Shown one piece after another: positions 29,191 to 40,793 of a stretch of DNA of 49,705 nt (its first letter is position 1; each line of letters opens with the position of its first letter). This DNA comes from Bacteroidota bacterium (GTDB lineage: Bacteria; Bacteroidota; Ignavibacteria; UBA10030; UBA8401). Under the pieces are notes generated by a model, which was given only the letters and a program-made list of their open reading frames with translations, was not told where the DNA came from and did not search any database. The stretch is from NCBI GenBank assembly GCA_031420755.1, contig JANONI010000194.1, positions 1-49,705 of the forward strand, read 5' to 3'. The position numbers and the translations under genes are program-made.

Positions 29191-29239
29191 TTCGGAGTGA
29201 CAGGCAGGCAAGTGTTATTTCTATTTTACAATCTGCCTT

Positions 29240-29728
29240 ATGAAAATATTAATACCAGTTTTATTATTCTTACTCAATTCCTGCGGCAGTTTTACTGATG
29301 AGGAACTTTGGATAAAAATCGAACAAGCGAAAGCAAATAAAAATTGGGATTCGACGTTGCAGGTTTCGCAAAGAATTATCAAAGAGTATCCTCACGGCCG
29401 TTACATCGGATGGGCTCGTTTTGCATTGGCAGAAAGTTACCGTTTCAAGAATCAGCCTCGTGAAGCATTGGATAATTATAAATTATTTCATGAACAATAT
29501 CCAGAAATGCAGCCCTCTGCTTTATCGTTGTTTCTTACAGGATATATTTATAATAATAATCTCCAAATGTTTGACAGTGCGAAAATATTTTATGAAGAAT
29601 TCTTACAGAAATTTCCAAAACACGATCTTGCTCCTACGGTAAAATTTGAATTGGAATCAATAGGGAAGTCGCCAGAAGAAACTTTGAATGATCGTATACA
29701 AAACAAAACGCGAATGGCAAAAAAATAA
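29240..29728 (+). CDS. TPR-like lipoprotein
   Basis: Lipobox LLNSC. The helical repeats (YIGWARFALAESYRF.., ALSLFLTGYIYNN.., AKIFYEEFLQKFPKH) resemble YbgF/BamD-type TPR units. Confidence 0.5.
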   Translation: MKILIPVLLFLLNSCGSFTDEELWIKIEQAKANKNWDSTLQVSQRIIKEYPHGRYIGWARFALAESYRFKNQPREALDNYKLFHEQYPEMQPSALSLFLTGYIYNNNLQMFDSAKIFYEEFLQKFPKHDLAPTVKFELESIGKSPEETLNDRIQNKTRMAKK

Positions 29729-30643
29729 ATGGATACTCAGCGTAAATATTTACAACCGGATGTTGTCTCAAAACTTGCGAACATGGAATTACGTGCTCGT
29801 TTGGTTGTTGAGGGTTTCATTACGGGGTTGCATAAGAGTCCATATCACGGTTTTAGTGTGGAATTTGCAGAACACCGTCAATATATGCCGGGAGATGAAA
29901 TTCGGCGGTTAGATTGGCGCGTATATGGTAAGACTGACAGATTTTATGTTAAACAATTTGAAGAAGAGACAAATCTTAAATCGTACATCATTCTGGATAC
30001 CAGTGCCTCAATGAGTTTTGCTTCAGCGATTCCGCGCTCAAAGGAACAGAGAATTTCAAAGATGGAGTATGCATCATTGATTGCCGCTTCGCTTTCGTAT
30101 TTAATGATCCAACAACGCGACGCGGTTGGCCTAACATTGTATGATTCAATAGTCAGAACTACAATTCCACCGCATGCAACAAAACAGCATCTGCGGCGAA
30201 TTCTTGTTGAATTGGAGAAAGTGAATCCGAGTGAGATTACGAACTCTGCAACAGCACTTCATCAACGTGCGGAAAGCATATCGCGAAGAGGATTAGTGAT
30301 TGTGTTGAGCGACCTATTTGATGATCCCAAAAAAGTGATGGCAGCGTTAAAACATTTCCGTCATAATAATCACGAAGTATTAGTGATGCAGATCCTTGAT
30401 CCGCTCGAACGGAATTTTGCCTTTGGCAGCGATGCGGTTTTTAAGGATATGGAAACGGGAGAAATGCTTACAACTCAACCATTTCACATTCAAAAAGCAT
30501 ATCAAGAAACGATGAAGGATTTTATTGCTCACTATAAACGAGAATGCCGCGAAAACTCCATCGATTATATTCTTTTGGATACAACAACTTCGTTTGATAT
30601 CGCACTATTGAATTATCTTAACAAAAGACAAAGAATGGGTTGA
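29729..30643 (+). CDS. DUF58 domain protein (vWA-like, normally MoxR-associated)
   Basis: G.HKSPYHGFSVEFAEHRQYMPGDEIRRLDWRVYGKTDRFYVKQFEEETN is the DUF58 signature. The ATG directly abuts the preceding stop. Confidence 0.8.
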   Translation: MDTQRKYLQPDVVSKLANMELRARLVVEGFITGLHKSPYHGFSVEFAEHRQYMPGDEIRRLDWRVYGKTDRFYVKQFEEETNLKSYIILDTSASMSFASAIPRSKEQRISKMEYASLIAASLSYLMIQQRDAVGLTLYDSIVRTTIPPHATKQHLRRILVELEKVNPSEITNSATALHQRAESISRRGLVIVLSDLFDDPKKVMAALKHFRHNNHEVLVMQILDPLERNFAFGSDAVFKDMETGEMLTTQPFHIQKAYQETMKDFIAHYKRECRENSIDYILLDTTTSFDIALLNYLNKRQRMG

Positions 30644-30794
30644 AAGTTTAGTGTATTCAATCTTTGCCTCTCCAAGCAACTTTCAGTATCTTACCATTTG
30701 AACTTCACCAAAAGTTGAATTGTTACAAATTTGCACAATCTTTGAAACACAAAGTTGGAGTCCACCTTAAAAGTGGGACCCAACTCTAAAAAAT

Positions 30795-33683
30795 ATGAAA
30801 AAAAACAAATCTGCTCCCGTTGTTCCAATTAGTTCTGAACAAAATATGCTTGTCGTAAAAGGAGCACGCGAGCATAATCTAAAAAATATTGACGTTGAAA
30901 TTCCACGTGACAAACTTGTTGTTATTACCGGACTTTCGGGTTCGGGAAAATCGTCTCTCGCATTCGATACGATCTACGCCGAAGGTCAACGCCGATATGT
31001 AGAATCTCTCTCCGCATACGCTCGTCAATTTCTTGGCTTAATGGAACGCCCAGATGTAGATTACATCGAAGGACTTTCACCGGCTATTTCTATCGAACAA
31101 AAAACCGTCAGTACAAATCCCCGCTCAACGGTTGGAACAGTAACGGAAGTTTATGATTTTCTGCGTCTTCTTTACGCACGTGTTGGAACGCAATTTTGCG
31201 TGAATGATGGTACACGAGTGCAAAAACAAAGTGTTGATCAAATCATTGACGCAATCATGAAAATTCCGCAAGGAACAAAGGTTCAGATTCTGGCTCCGAT
31301 TGTGAAAGGACGGAAAGGACATTATCGTGAGTTGTTTGGAAAAATTCTGAAAGATGGTTTTTTGCGCGTTCGAGTTGACAACGAAGTGTTGGAAATTTCA
31401 AAAGGACTAAAACTTGATCGATACAAAATCCACAATATTGAAATTGTTATCGACCGAATCTTAATCAAAAAAGAGAGCCGTTCACGCATTGCCGATTCTG
31501 TTGAAGTTGCGTTGCAATTCGGTGAAGGTGTGTTAATTGTGAACGACGGCAAGCAAGATATTCTTTTTAGTAAAAAATATTCTTGTCCCGCATGTGGAAG
31601 CAGTTATGAAGAACCTGCTCCGAATTCTTTTTCATTTAACACAACTTCGGGTGCCTGCACCGCATGCGAAGGTTTAGGTGAGAAAAAGGATTTTGACCTT
31701 TCTCTTATTATTCCAAATCCCAATCTAACGTTGCAACAAGAGGGAATTGCTCCGTTGGGCAAACCCCGAGCAACATGGTTCTACGCCCAAGTTAAAGCAG
31801 TTCTGAAAAAACATGGGTATGATTACAATACTCCGATAACGCAATTTTCCAAAATTACGTTGGATGAATTATTATACGGAACCCATGGCGAAAAAATTGA
31901 AGTTGAATACACATACTCCGGTGGAAGAACATCTGTCTATAAACATCGGTATGATGGCGTAATGAAAATGCTTCAGGAATATTACAACGATACTGCTTCA
32001 GCAAAGATCCGCGAATGGGTTGAAGGGTATATGAGTACGAAAATCTGTTCGGAGTGCGGCGGCGGTCGTTTACGGAAAGAGAACATTGCAATTCAACTTG
32101 ATGATAATAAAACAGGAGAACGTCATACGATATCCGATATCGTGAAACAGTCATTAGTTGATGCACAGCAGTTTTTCAATACGTTATCATTTACCAATCG
32201 ACAGATGGAAATTGCACGACCGATCTTAAAAGAAATTAATCAACGGTTGGGTTTTATGGTTGATGTTGGTTTAGGATATCTAACATTGGATCGTACGGCT
32301 CGAACGCTTTCAGGCGGTGAAGCGCAACGGATCAGATTGGCAACTCAAATCGGATCGCAGTTGGTTGGCGTGTTGTACATTTTGGATGAACCGAGTATCG
32401 GTCTTCATCAACGGGATAATGCAAAATTGATCAATTCGCTCAAAAGTCTGCGCGATCTTGGTAACACCGTTCTAGTTGTTGAACACGATAAAGAAATGAT
32501 GGCGAATGCCGACTTCATAGTTGATTTGGGTCCGCGTGCAGGCGAACATGGCGGGGAATTGGTTACAGCGGGGTCGCCGGATGAATTTACAAATGGACTA
32601 GCAAAAACTGTTGGAGATCGGTCTTCAACAATTGAATATCTTACAGGCAAAAAAAAAATTGAACTTCCAAAAGAACGAAGGAAGGGAAACGGAAAATCTC
32701 TTTCCATTAACGGTGCAGCCGGAAATAATTTGAAGAATGTTCATCTTTCTATTCCGTTAGGAACATTTACCTGTGTTACCGGAGTCAGCGGATCTGGAAA
32801 ATCTACGCTGATCAATGAAACACTTTATCCTATACTTTCACAGCGATTTTATAAGACAAAAATTCCTGTGTATCCGTACAAATCAATTGAGGGAATTGAG
32901 CATATTGATAAAGTGATCGAGATCGATCAATCTCCTATTGGAAGGACTCCTCGGTCAAATCCCGCAACGTATACTGGATTGTTTACGTTCATTCGTGATT
33001 TATTTTCGCAGCTTCCTGAATCAAAAATTCGCGGTTACAAATCCGGTCGTTTTAGTTTTAATGTAAAAGGTGGCCGGTGTGAGGCGTGTGAAGGTGATGG
33101 TGTAAAAAAGATTGAAATGAATTTCCTCCCCGATGTGTATGTGGTATGCGATGTTTGTCGCGGGAAGCGATACAATCGTGAAACATTGGAAGTGTTGTAT
33201 AAGGGGAAATCTATCTCTGATGTGTTGGAGATGACGGTTGAAGATGCTCTTGGTTTTTTCAGCGAAATGCCGGTGATGAACCGGAAGATACAAACATTGT
33301 TCGATGTCGGTCTTGGGTATATTCATCTCGGTCAGCAAGCGACAACACTTTCTGGTGGTGAGGCGCAGCGGGTAAAACTTTCAACTGAACTTTCAAAAGT
33401 CGGCACCGGAAATACGATGTACATTCTTGATGAACCGACTACAGGATTGCATTTCGACGATGTCAAAATGTTATTGAGCGTTCTGAATAAACTTGTTGAA
33501 AAGGGAAACACAATCATTGTTATTGAACACAATCTTGATGTGATTAAAACCGCGGATTGGATTATTGATCTTGGACCCGAAGGTGGTTCCGGCGGCGGAG
33601 AAATTATTGCCGAGGGAACTCCTGAACATATTGCAAAGATCAAGGATTCATATACCGGCAACTATTTACAAAAAGAATTATAA
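30795..33683 (+). CDS. uvrA: Excinuclease ABC subunit A
   Basis: 962 aa with two ABC modules ([14 protein letters not shown] and [10 protein letters not shown]), zinc modules CPACGS..C..C and [14 protein letters not shown], and [10 protein letters not shown] signatures. Confidence 0.97.
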   Translation: MKKNKSAPVVPISSEQNMLVVKGAREHNLKNIDVEIPRDKLVVITGLSGSGKSSLAFDTIYAEGQRRYVESLSAYARQFLGLMERPDVDYIEGLSPAISIEQKTVSTNPRSTVGTVTEVYDFLRLLYARVGTQFCVNDGTRVQKQSVDQIIDAIMKIPQGTKVQILAPIVKGRKGHYRELFGKILKDGFLRVRVDNEVLEISKGLKLDRYKIHNIEIVIDRILIKKESRSRIADSVEVALQFGEGVLIVNDGKQDILFSKKYSCPACGSSYEEPAPNSFSFNTTSGACTACEGLGEKKDFDLSLIIPNPNLTLQQEGIAPLGKPRATWFYAQVKAVLKKHGYDYNTPITQFSKITLDELLYGTHGEKIEVEYTYSGGRTSVYKHRYDGVMKMLQEYYNDTASAKIREWVEGYMSTKICSECGGGRLRKENIAIQLDDNKTGERHTISDIVKQSLVDAQQFFNTLSFTNRQMEIARPILKEINQRLGFMVDVGLGYLTLDRTARTLSGGEAQRIRLATQIGSQLVGVLYILDEPSIGLHQRDNAKLINSLKSLRDLGNTVLVVEHDKEMMANADFIVDLGPRAGEHGGELVTAGSPDEFTNGLAKTVGDRSSTIEYLTGKKKIELPKERRKGNGKSLSINGAAGNNLKNVHLSIPLGTFTCVTGVSGSGKSTLINETLYPILSQRFYKTKIPVYPYKSIEGIEHIDKVIEIDQSPIGRTPRSNPATYTGLFTFIRDLFSQLPESKIRGYKSGRFSFNVKGGRCEACEGDGVKKIEMNFLPDVYVVCDVCRGKRYNRETLEVLYKGKSISDVLEMTVEDALGFFSEMPVMNRKIQTLFDVGLGYIHLGQQATTLSGGEAQRVKLSTELSKVGTGNTMYILDEPTTGLHFDDVKMLLSVLNKLVEKGNTIIVIEHNLDVIKTADWIIDLGPEGGSGGGEIIAEGTPEHIAKIKDSYTGNYLQKEL

Positions 33684-33697
33684 TTTATTTTACCAGT

Positions 33698-34366
33698 ATG
33701 CCTGAACTGTCAACACTCACACCAGAAAGAATATTTCGCAGCCATCGGTCAATTTTTAATTCAATCATTGAAGTGAATGAAGAATCACTCGTCCAGATCG
33801 ATGTCAGTGAACCTCTTCATTACGCCGACGGTACTGAACCGTTGCAATCGTTGGCTACACGCATTGGCGTAGAATGGAACGACAAGGGATTTCTTATATA
33901 TTTTCGAGGACGATTTGACCATTTGCGAATGATTCATGACAATGAGAAAGCTCGAGTAAATGCCAAAACTTATAATCTTTGGGAATTAAGTGATGTTTTT
34001 GAAGTGTTTATCGGTGTGGATGCCAAACAAACAAAACTCTACAAAGAATTTCAAGTCGCACCGGATTCACGATGGATTGATATTGATGTAAATAGACAAC
34101 TCGGAATTTCAAATCATCACTGGTATTCTGGCTTTCATTGTAAATCATTTATTGATGAAGAAATGAATGTATGGACATCGGTGTTTGAACTTCCGTGGAG
34201 TTGTTTCGGTTTGAATAAAAAAACCGAGGATGTCTGGAATGTAAATTTCTATCGTGCATCAGGAGCATTTCACGGACAAGAACTTTTGGCGTGGTCACCA
34301 ACGGGATATGGAGAAAAATGTTTTCATCGTCCGGAGCATTTCGGGAAAATAGAGTTCGTACAATGA
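33698..34366 (+). CDS. Hypothetical protein, possibly CBM9-like/DOMON-fold
   Basis: The pattern ..TRIGVEWNDKGFLIYFRG...LWELSDVFEVFIG.....LYKEFQVAPDSRWIDID resembles carbohydrate-binding family 9-like proteins. This call is by recollection only. Confidence 0.4.
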   Translation: MPELSTLTPERIFRSHRSIFNSIIEVNEESLVQIDVSEPLHYADGTEPLQSLATRIGVEWNDKGFLIYFRGRFDHLRMIHDNEKARVNAKTYNLWELSDVFEVFIGVDAKQTKLYKEFQVAPDSRWIDIDVNRQLGISNHHWYSGFHCKSFIDEEMNVWTSVFELPWSCFGLNKKTEDVWNVNFYRASGAFHGQELLAWSPTGYGEKCFHRPEHFGKIEFVQ

Positions 34367-34971
34367 AACGGATATTAACAATTAGTTTTACAATTATACT
34401 TTTTGTCGGTAAGACAAACGCACAAGATAGCACAGAAATTGAGAACACTCCAATAGCTGAAACCATTGCGTTATGGACAATGACTGGAATAATTGTTCCT
34501 TTGGCAATTGCTGGTGTTGTCATCAGTGCTGTTCCGCCGAGCGTTAGTATCGTTTCAAAAGACGGAATTGCTTACGGTGCGCTTAATTTTGAGACAGGAT
34601 TTGGGTTTGGAGAAAAACGTGTTACCGGAATTTTTTCCGATTGGAGAATAGGTACAAGTTACAGTTACATTATTCACTCAAATGTTCGAGACGTTTTCCG
34701 AATTGAATTGAAAAAGGATTTTCATTTCAATTTTGTTGACAGGCGAAATATTTTACTTTCTGGATTTCATCTCAGTGCAGGACTGATGTCGGATTTTCCA
34801 AATAACGGATATACTATTGGAACAGGTGCGTGGTTAAAATCCCCATGGCTGCCGTTTTTTGGACTCTTTCCGCAGCACACGTATGGAGTAACGTATCGAT
34901 ACAACAAGTATTTCAGAAAGAAAGATTTTCACGAAGTTACGATAGGTGTAACCTCTGCGTTTACTTTTTAG
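34363..34971 (+). CDS. Secreted hypothetical protein, outer-membrane-like
   Basis: The ATG at 34363 forms an ATGA overlap with the preceding stop. It has signal peptide MKRILTISFTIILFVGKTNAQ and a C-terminal ..GVTSAFTF aromatic terminus. The ORF-track start at 34291 lies inside the upstream gene. Confidence 0.4.
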   Translation: MKRILTISFTIILFVGKTNAQDSTEIENTPIAETIALWTMTGIIVPLAIAGVVISAVPPSVSIVSKDGIAYGALNFETGFGFGEKRVTGIFSDWRIGTSYSYIIHSNVRDVFRIELKKDFHFNFVDRRNILLSGFHLSAGLMSDFPNNGYTIGTGAWLKSPWLPFFGLFPQHTYGVTYRYNKYFRKKDFHEVTIGVTSAFTF

Positions 34972-35031
34972 AAATCAGCAAAGATTGTTCCTTTGCCACT
35001 ATCTACTGTATTATGTATATTATTTCCAGAT

Positions 35032-35283
35032 ATGAAACTATTTGAAAATATCGCCGAATATCACTCCTTCAAACGGAAATACGAAATGATGGGACAGTTA
35101 GAAGAAGAACGGCTTTTTGAAACATCGAGAGATCCTTCATCAATCGGAAAATTTCTTCAATTTATGGAAGAGATGAGAAATATACCTGCTAATGTAGAAT
35201 GGAAAGAACTTCAGATTGAAGAGGAACTTCAAACTGATATACAACGCCAACTCCTGCTTTATAAACTCTCTATCAAACTATGA
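35032..35283 (+). CDS. Small acidic hypothetical protein (83 aa), partner of the downstream NTase-fold gene
   Basis: The ATG at 35032 is preferred over the TTG at 34993. Its stop overlaps the next gene's start (ATGA at 35280-35283). No motif was recognised. Confidence 0.35.
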   Translation: MKLFENIAEYHSFKRKYEMMGQLEEERLFETSRDPSSIGKFLQFMEEMRNIPANVEWKELQIEEELQTDIQRQLLLYKLSIKL

Positions 35284-35846
35284 CGGTGTTTGAACAAACG
35301 TTGTCAATAATTGATTCGCTTTGCAAAAAACATCAATTGCAGTATTCGCTTATTGGTGGTTACGCAATGATTCTATATGGTGTTCAGCGAATGACACAGG
35401 ATATCGATATTACCGTTCTTGTTGAACTTGAGGACATTGAAAAAGTTGGGAATATTTTTCTTGACAACGGATTCAGTCCGAGAAAAGAACATCCGATACA
35501 GTTTTTCCAGCGTTATTTTGTGTTGCCATCCACTTATCTGGCTACCGATGTTATGGTTGATATTGCAGCCGGGGTGAGCAATTTCGATAAAACTGTGGTT
35601 CAGCGATCTTGTGTTACAAAATATAGTAATTTGGAAATACCCGTTGCAAGTGTTGAAGATATGATTATCTACAAAGTTTTAGCAAATAGAAAAATTGATC
35701 AATACGATGTTGAATTTTTATTCAAGTTTCACTCAGAGTCAATTGATAAAATATACTTGTTGAAAACAGCAAAAGATTTTTGTGAAATTGAACGGGATGA
35801 TATTTTTGAGACAATCACAACATTTGCGCGCACATATTTACGATAG
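35280..35846 (+). CDS. Nucleotidyltransferase-fold protein (AbiEii/DUF2204/DUF6036-like)
   Basis: 188 aa. LIGGYAMILYGVQRMTQDIDITV (a GG-x-A...G..R.T.DiDi NTase motif), a later VMVDIAAG, and SVEDMIIYKVLANRKIDQYDVEFL (E-D-l-i-x-K-l-x-a-x-R-x-x-D), as seen in AbiEii-type and related NTases. Confidence 0.5.
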   Translation: MTVFEQTLSIIDSLCKKHQLQYSLIGGYAMILYGVQRMTQDIDITVLVELEDIEKVGNIFLDNGFSPRKEHPIQFFQRYFVLPSTYLATDVMVDIAAGVSNFDKTVVQRSCVTKYSNLEIPVASVEDMIIYKVLANRKIDQYDVEFLFKFHSESIDKIYLLKTAKDFCEIERDDIFETITTFARTYLR

Positions 35847-35849
35847 ACA

Positions 35850-36455
35850 TTATTTTCTACTGATCCACTCACTTCCTCTTATATAAAACCGCCACTTCTT
35901 ATCTTTTGCCGAACTGATTCCAATGCGAGTTGTTGTAGCAATTTTAGATTTGTGTATAGTTTCTCCTTCTGAAATAAAAATTTCTTTCCCGCACAGATCA
36001 ATTCCACTCTGAGTTTTGGTAAGAGCAAATGCTTCAGCAAATTTTGCCGGACCATTGGTGAGATTTTGCACATGAAGATCACCGTTGAGGCGGACTCCAT
36101 CTTTATTCTTAAAACGATTTCTCATCATCACTTCAATTCCATCAATCGGTTCCACGGCACGGATCAACACTGCTTCGCCAATTCCTTCTTTATTCGATAC
36201 AACATTAGCACAGTAATGCATTCCATACGTGAAATAGACATAAAGAAAACCGCCGTTGTTAAACATTGGCTTGTTCCGTTCAGTTAAACCTCGAAATGAG
36301 TGACTGGCGGGATCATTAAACAGATATGCTTCAGTTTCAACAATCATACCAGAGATACATTTGTTCCCAATTTTACGAACGAATATTTTTCCAAGAAGTT
36401 CTTTTGCTACGGTAAGTGTTCGTTGAGTGTAAAAAAAGCGGGGGAGTTTCTGCAT
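35850..36455 (-). CDS. mpg: DNA-3-methyladenine glycosylase (Mpg/AAG family)
   Basis: FFYTQRTLTVAKELLGK.FVRK, GMIVETEAY...DPASHSFRG.T.RN..MF..GG..YVYF.YGMH.C.NVV and NGPAK are Mpg family signatures. Confidence 0.9.
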   Translation of the reverse strand: MQKLPRFFYTQRTLTVAKELLGKIFVRKIGNKCISGMIVETEAYLFNDPASHSFRGLTERNKPMFNNGGFLYVYFTYGMHYCANVVSNKEGIGEAVLIRAVEPIDGIEVMMRNRFKNKDGVRLNGDLHVQNLTNGPAKFAEAFALTKTQSGIDLCGKEIFISEGETIHKSKIATTTRIGISSAKDKKWRFYIRGSEWISRK

Positions 36456-36458
36456 TGT

Positions 36459-38506
<2,048 letters not shown>

Positions 38507-38557
38507 TTACAATAACTTTCACAAAACCGTACGAAAGGAAGTTGTGAATGTGGAACA

Positions 38558-39622
38558 TTAAAATTCTCGATTAGTAAAATAGGATTGAAGAGCATTGGTC
38601 AGCACAATTGCATCGCGTGAAAACGGGTCAATATCATTCATCGTAAAATAATGGTCGAGCGATAGTCCGGCATCATCCCACGTAGTGGACAAGAGAACTT
38701 TTTCCATTGTTACAATATACTTCGTTTCATCATCACCAAACAAGGATTTTATGATGGAGTGTTTATCTTTTTCTTGAATTTGAAGCTTTGTAAAGTTTTT
38801 CTTTTCATACGGGCGAACTTGTGCAATTTCTTCTGCAATTGAAAAACTTTTCTGAGTGAACGATTCCTTCAGTGCATAGATCAGTTCTTCGTATGATAAC
38901 GATTGTTTTCCTTGTTCCCGAAGATTGGCAAGGTGTCGTGCTACATTTGGTAGTTTTTTGTCTTCAAAGAAATAAACCAATGCTTTAGTCGGAAGGTCGC
39001 CGCGTCCGCCGTTCAACGAATTTTGATGAACGAAACCGATAAATTCATAGAAGGGAATGGTCATCTTTGCCATCTCATCGGCAGCGTGAGTGTTGATTAT
39101 TTCCGCATCAATTTTTTTTAATAAATGAATAGCTTCATCTCTTCCTAATAAAATTTTATTCTTCCCCGTAAGGTATTTATCAAGAATTGTCCAATAGTAA
39201 GGATAATCCGAACAATAACGGAACTTGTGTGAAAGCTCGTTAAAAGTTAATTCATTCTTTTCTTCAAAAAGAAAACTTTCCAATGTCCACTGCGGGCGGC
39301 ACAGATAATTGAAAAGGAAATGCACACACTTATCAAGCACTGTTAGATATTCTTCACGTGAAAATGTGTAATGGTACACAAGTAAAATATCCATTTGTTG
39401 CTGCAAGAGACGGACATCGCCCTGTTGATAATTAAATTTTTTAGAACGGTATTCACCATGTCGTTCTTTAGAAAGAAACCATTCAACTTCACCCCTGAAG
39501 AAACTTTTTATACTGTTCGGAATGTTAGACTCTAAGATAGTCTTTAATGCAATTGAAGAACTATTTCCAATTGTATTATTTATGGCAATTTTCTGAATAT
39601 TTTCGAGTTCGAGTTCAAACAT
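38558..39622 (-). CDS. Hypothetical protein (354 aa), first gene of the hyp-obg-ruvB-mpg minus-strand array
   Basis: A long clean ORF with no competing frame, apparently soluble. No motif was recognised. Confidence 0.5.
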   Translation of the reverse strand: MFELELENIQKIAINNTIGNSSSIALKTILESNIPNSIKSFFRGEVEWFLSKERHGEYRSKKFNYQQGDVRLLQQQMDILLVYHYTFSREEYLTVLDKCVHFLFNYLCRPQWTLESFLFEEKNELTFNELSHKFRYCSDYPYYWTILDKYLTGKNKILLGRDEAIHLLKKIDAEIINTHAADEMAKMTIPFYEFIGFVHQNSLNGGRGDLPTKALVYFFEDKKLPNVARHLANLREQGKQSLSYEELIYALKESFTQKSFSIAEEIAQVRPYEKKNFTKLQIQEKDKHSIIKSLFGDDETKYIVTMEKVLLSTTWDDAGLSLDHYFTMNDIDPFSRDAIVLTNALQSYFTNREF

Positions 39623-39703
39623 AAGTTTTCATGATAGTTTCTCATTCAAATTATCGCTAAATTCCCTTGTAATCAATAAATCATTTATTAGAAAGGTTAA
39701 AAT

Positions 39704-40060
39704 ATGTTTCATCAAATTCTCTATAGTTTGCACATAATCGGAATGGCAGCAATTATTGGTATTGGGTTATATTTATTTGTCTATAAAAATGTTACAGAAA
39801 CTCAACGCAAAATATTGGCATTATATCTTATGTCTGCAGCTCACATTCAATTGCTAACCGGATTTGCGTTATTTTTTCTTTTACTTTCAGAAATAAATCA
39901 TATGAAAGTGGGAATAAAAATGTTACTTGCCATTGAAGTTGCAGTGTTAGCTACAATTTATCGGAAAAAAATTGCGAACAATGAAAAACCAAATTCTGCA
40001 ATTCTTCTTATTGTTCTCATCTCATCAATAGCGGCAACAGTGATTGCATTTGCTCTGTAA
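39704..40060 (+). CDS. Small membrane protein (4 TM)
   Basis: 118 aa with four hydrophobic segments. No motif was recognised. Confidence 0.4.
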   Translation: MFHQILYSLHIIGMAAIIGIGLYLFVYKNVTETQRKILALYLMSAAHIQLLTGFALFFLLLSEINHMKVGIKMLLAIEVAVLATIYRKKIANNEKPNSAILLIVLISSIAATVIAFAL

Positions 40061-40273
40061 AATGAAAATTCTTGTTTTTAGGCGCAAAAAATAGAAATAT
40101 TTTTATCATTTTTTTTATTGCCAACGGTCACAGCAAGAGATATTAACAATTAAAAAGTGTCGTTATTTTACAAATTTCGCTGTTATTTTGTTATTTTTGA
40201 AAATTTAACGTTTTGGCTTGATTTTTGATAATCTCTAAAAAACCCAATGAAATAAGATTTTTTTAGTGGAGTA

Positions 40274-40302
40274 TTGACACTCCCTTTTGAATAGTATATA
40301 TT
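40274..40302 (+). promoter_or_regulatory. Candidate sigma-70-type promoter of hup
   Basis: TTGACA (40274-40279), a 17-nt spacer, then TATATT (40297-40302), about 65 nt upstream of the hup ATG and preceded by ~200 bp of A/T-tract-rich DNA. It is uncertain whether this lineage uses the canonical -35/-10 consensus. Confidence 0.45.
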
Positions 40303-40366
40303 TACACCAGTTCATTTGAGAGTTACTCTAACTAACATTTCCAAATCACTAATTATAGGAGTTCAT

Positions 40367-40654
40367 ATGGGAAAAGCAATGTCGAAATCGCAAATCGCAA
40401 GTCATTTTGCAGATAAATTTGGCTTGAAAAAGAAAGTTGTTGTAGAGTTTTTTGAAGAACTATGCAATGTTGCTTATAAGGAAGCACCGAATCAATTCAC
40501 AATTCCAGGAATCGGAAAGCTTGTTTTAGTTGATCGCAAAGCCCGTATGGGACGCAATCCTGCAACAGGCGAATCAATTTCAATTCCTGCTAAGAAAGTT
40601 GTGAAATTCAAAGTTGCAAAAGCAGCAAAAGATGCAATTCTCGGAAGTAAATAG
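40367..40654 (+). CDS. hup: HU/IHF-family nucleoid DNA-binding protein
   Basis: 95 aa from the ATG at 40367 (AGGAG at 40355-40359). The motif RKARMGRNPATGESISIPAKKVVKFKVAKAAKDAI is the HU arm and C-terminal signature. The ORF-track start at 40316 is upstream of the RBS. Confidence 0.9.
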   Translation: MGKAMSKSQIASHFADKFGLKKKVVVEFFEELCNVAYKEAPNQFTIPGIGKLVLVDRKARMGRNPATGESISIPAKKVVKFKVAKAAKDAILGSK

Positions 40655-40680
40655 CATCTAAATTTTTCCGAAATTTTTAG

Positions 40681-40714
40681 AACTCCATTCAGCAATGAAT
40701 GGAGTTTTTATTTT
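40681..40714 (+). terminator. Rho-independent terminator after hup
   Basis: A 10-bp perfect stem (AACTCCATTC at 40681-40690, GAATGGAGTT at 40697-40706) with a 6-nt loop, followed by TTTATTTT. Confidence 0.8.
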
Positions 40715-40793
40715 GTAAAGAATAAACGGCAAATTGGAATATTTTTGGAAGTCGAAATTCTTTTCGCTATTTTGAATAAAATTGAAAACAGTT

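Noticed and set aside
30719-30739. ATTGT-N11-ACAAT palindrome upstream of uvrA as a possible SOS/LexA-type operator
   Set aside because: The arms are only 5 bp and AT-rich, so the match could easily arise by chance. It does not match any LexA box consensus I know.
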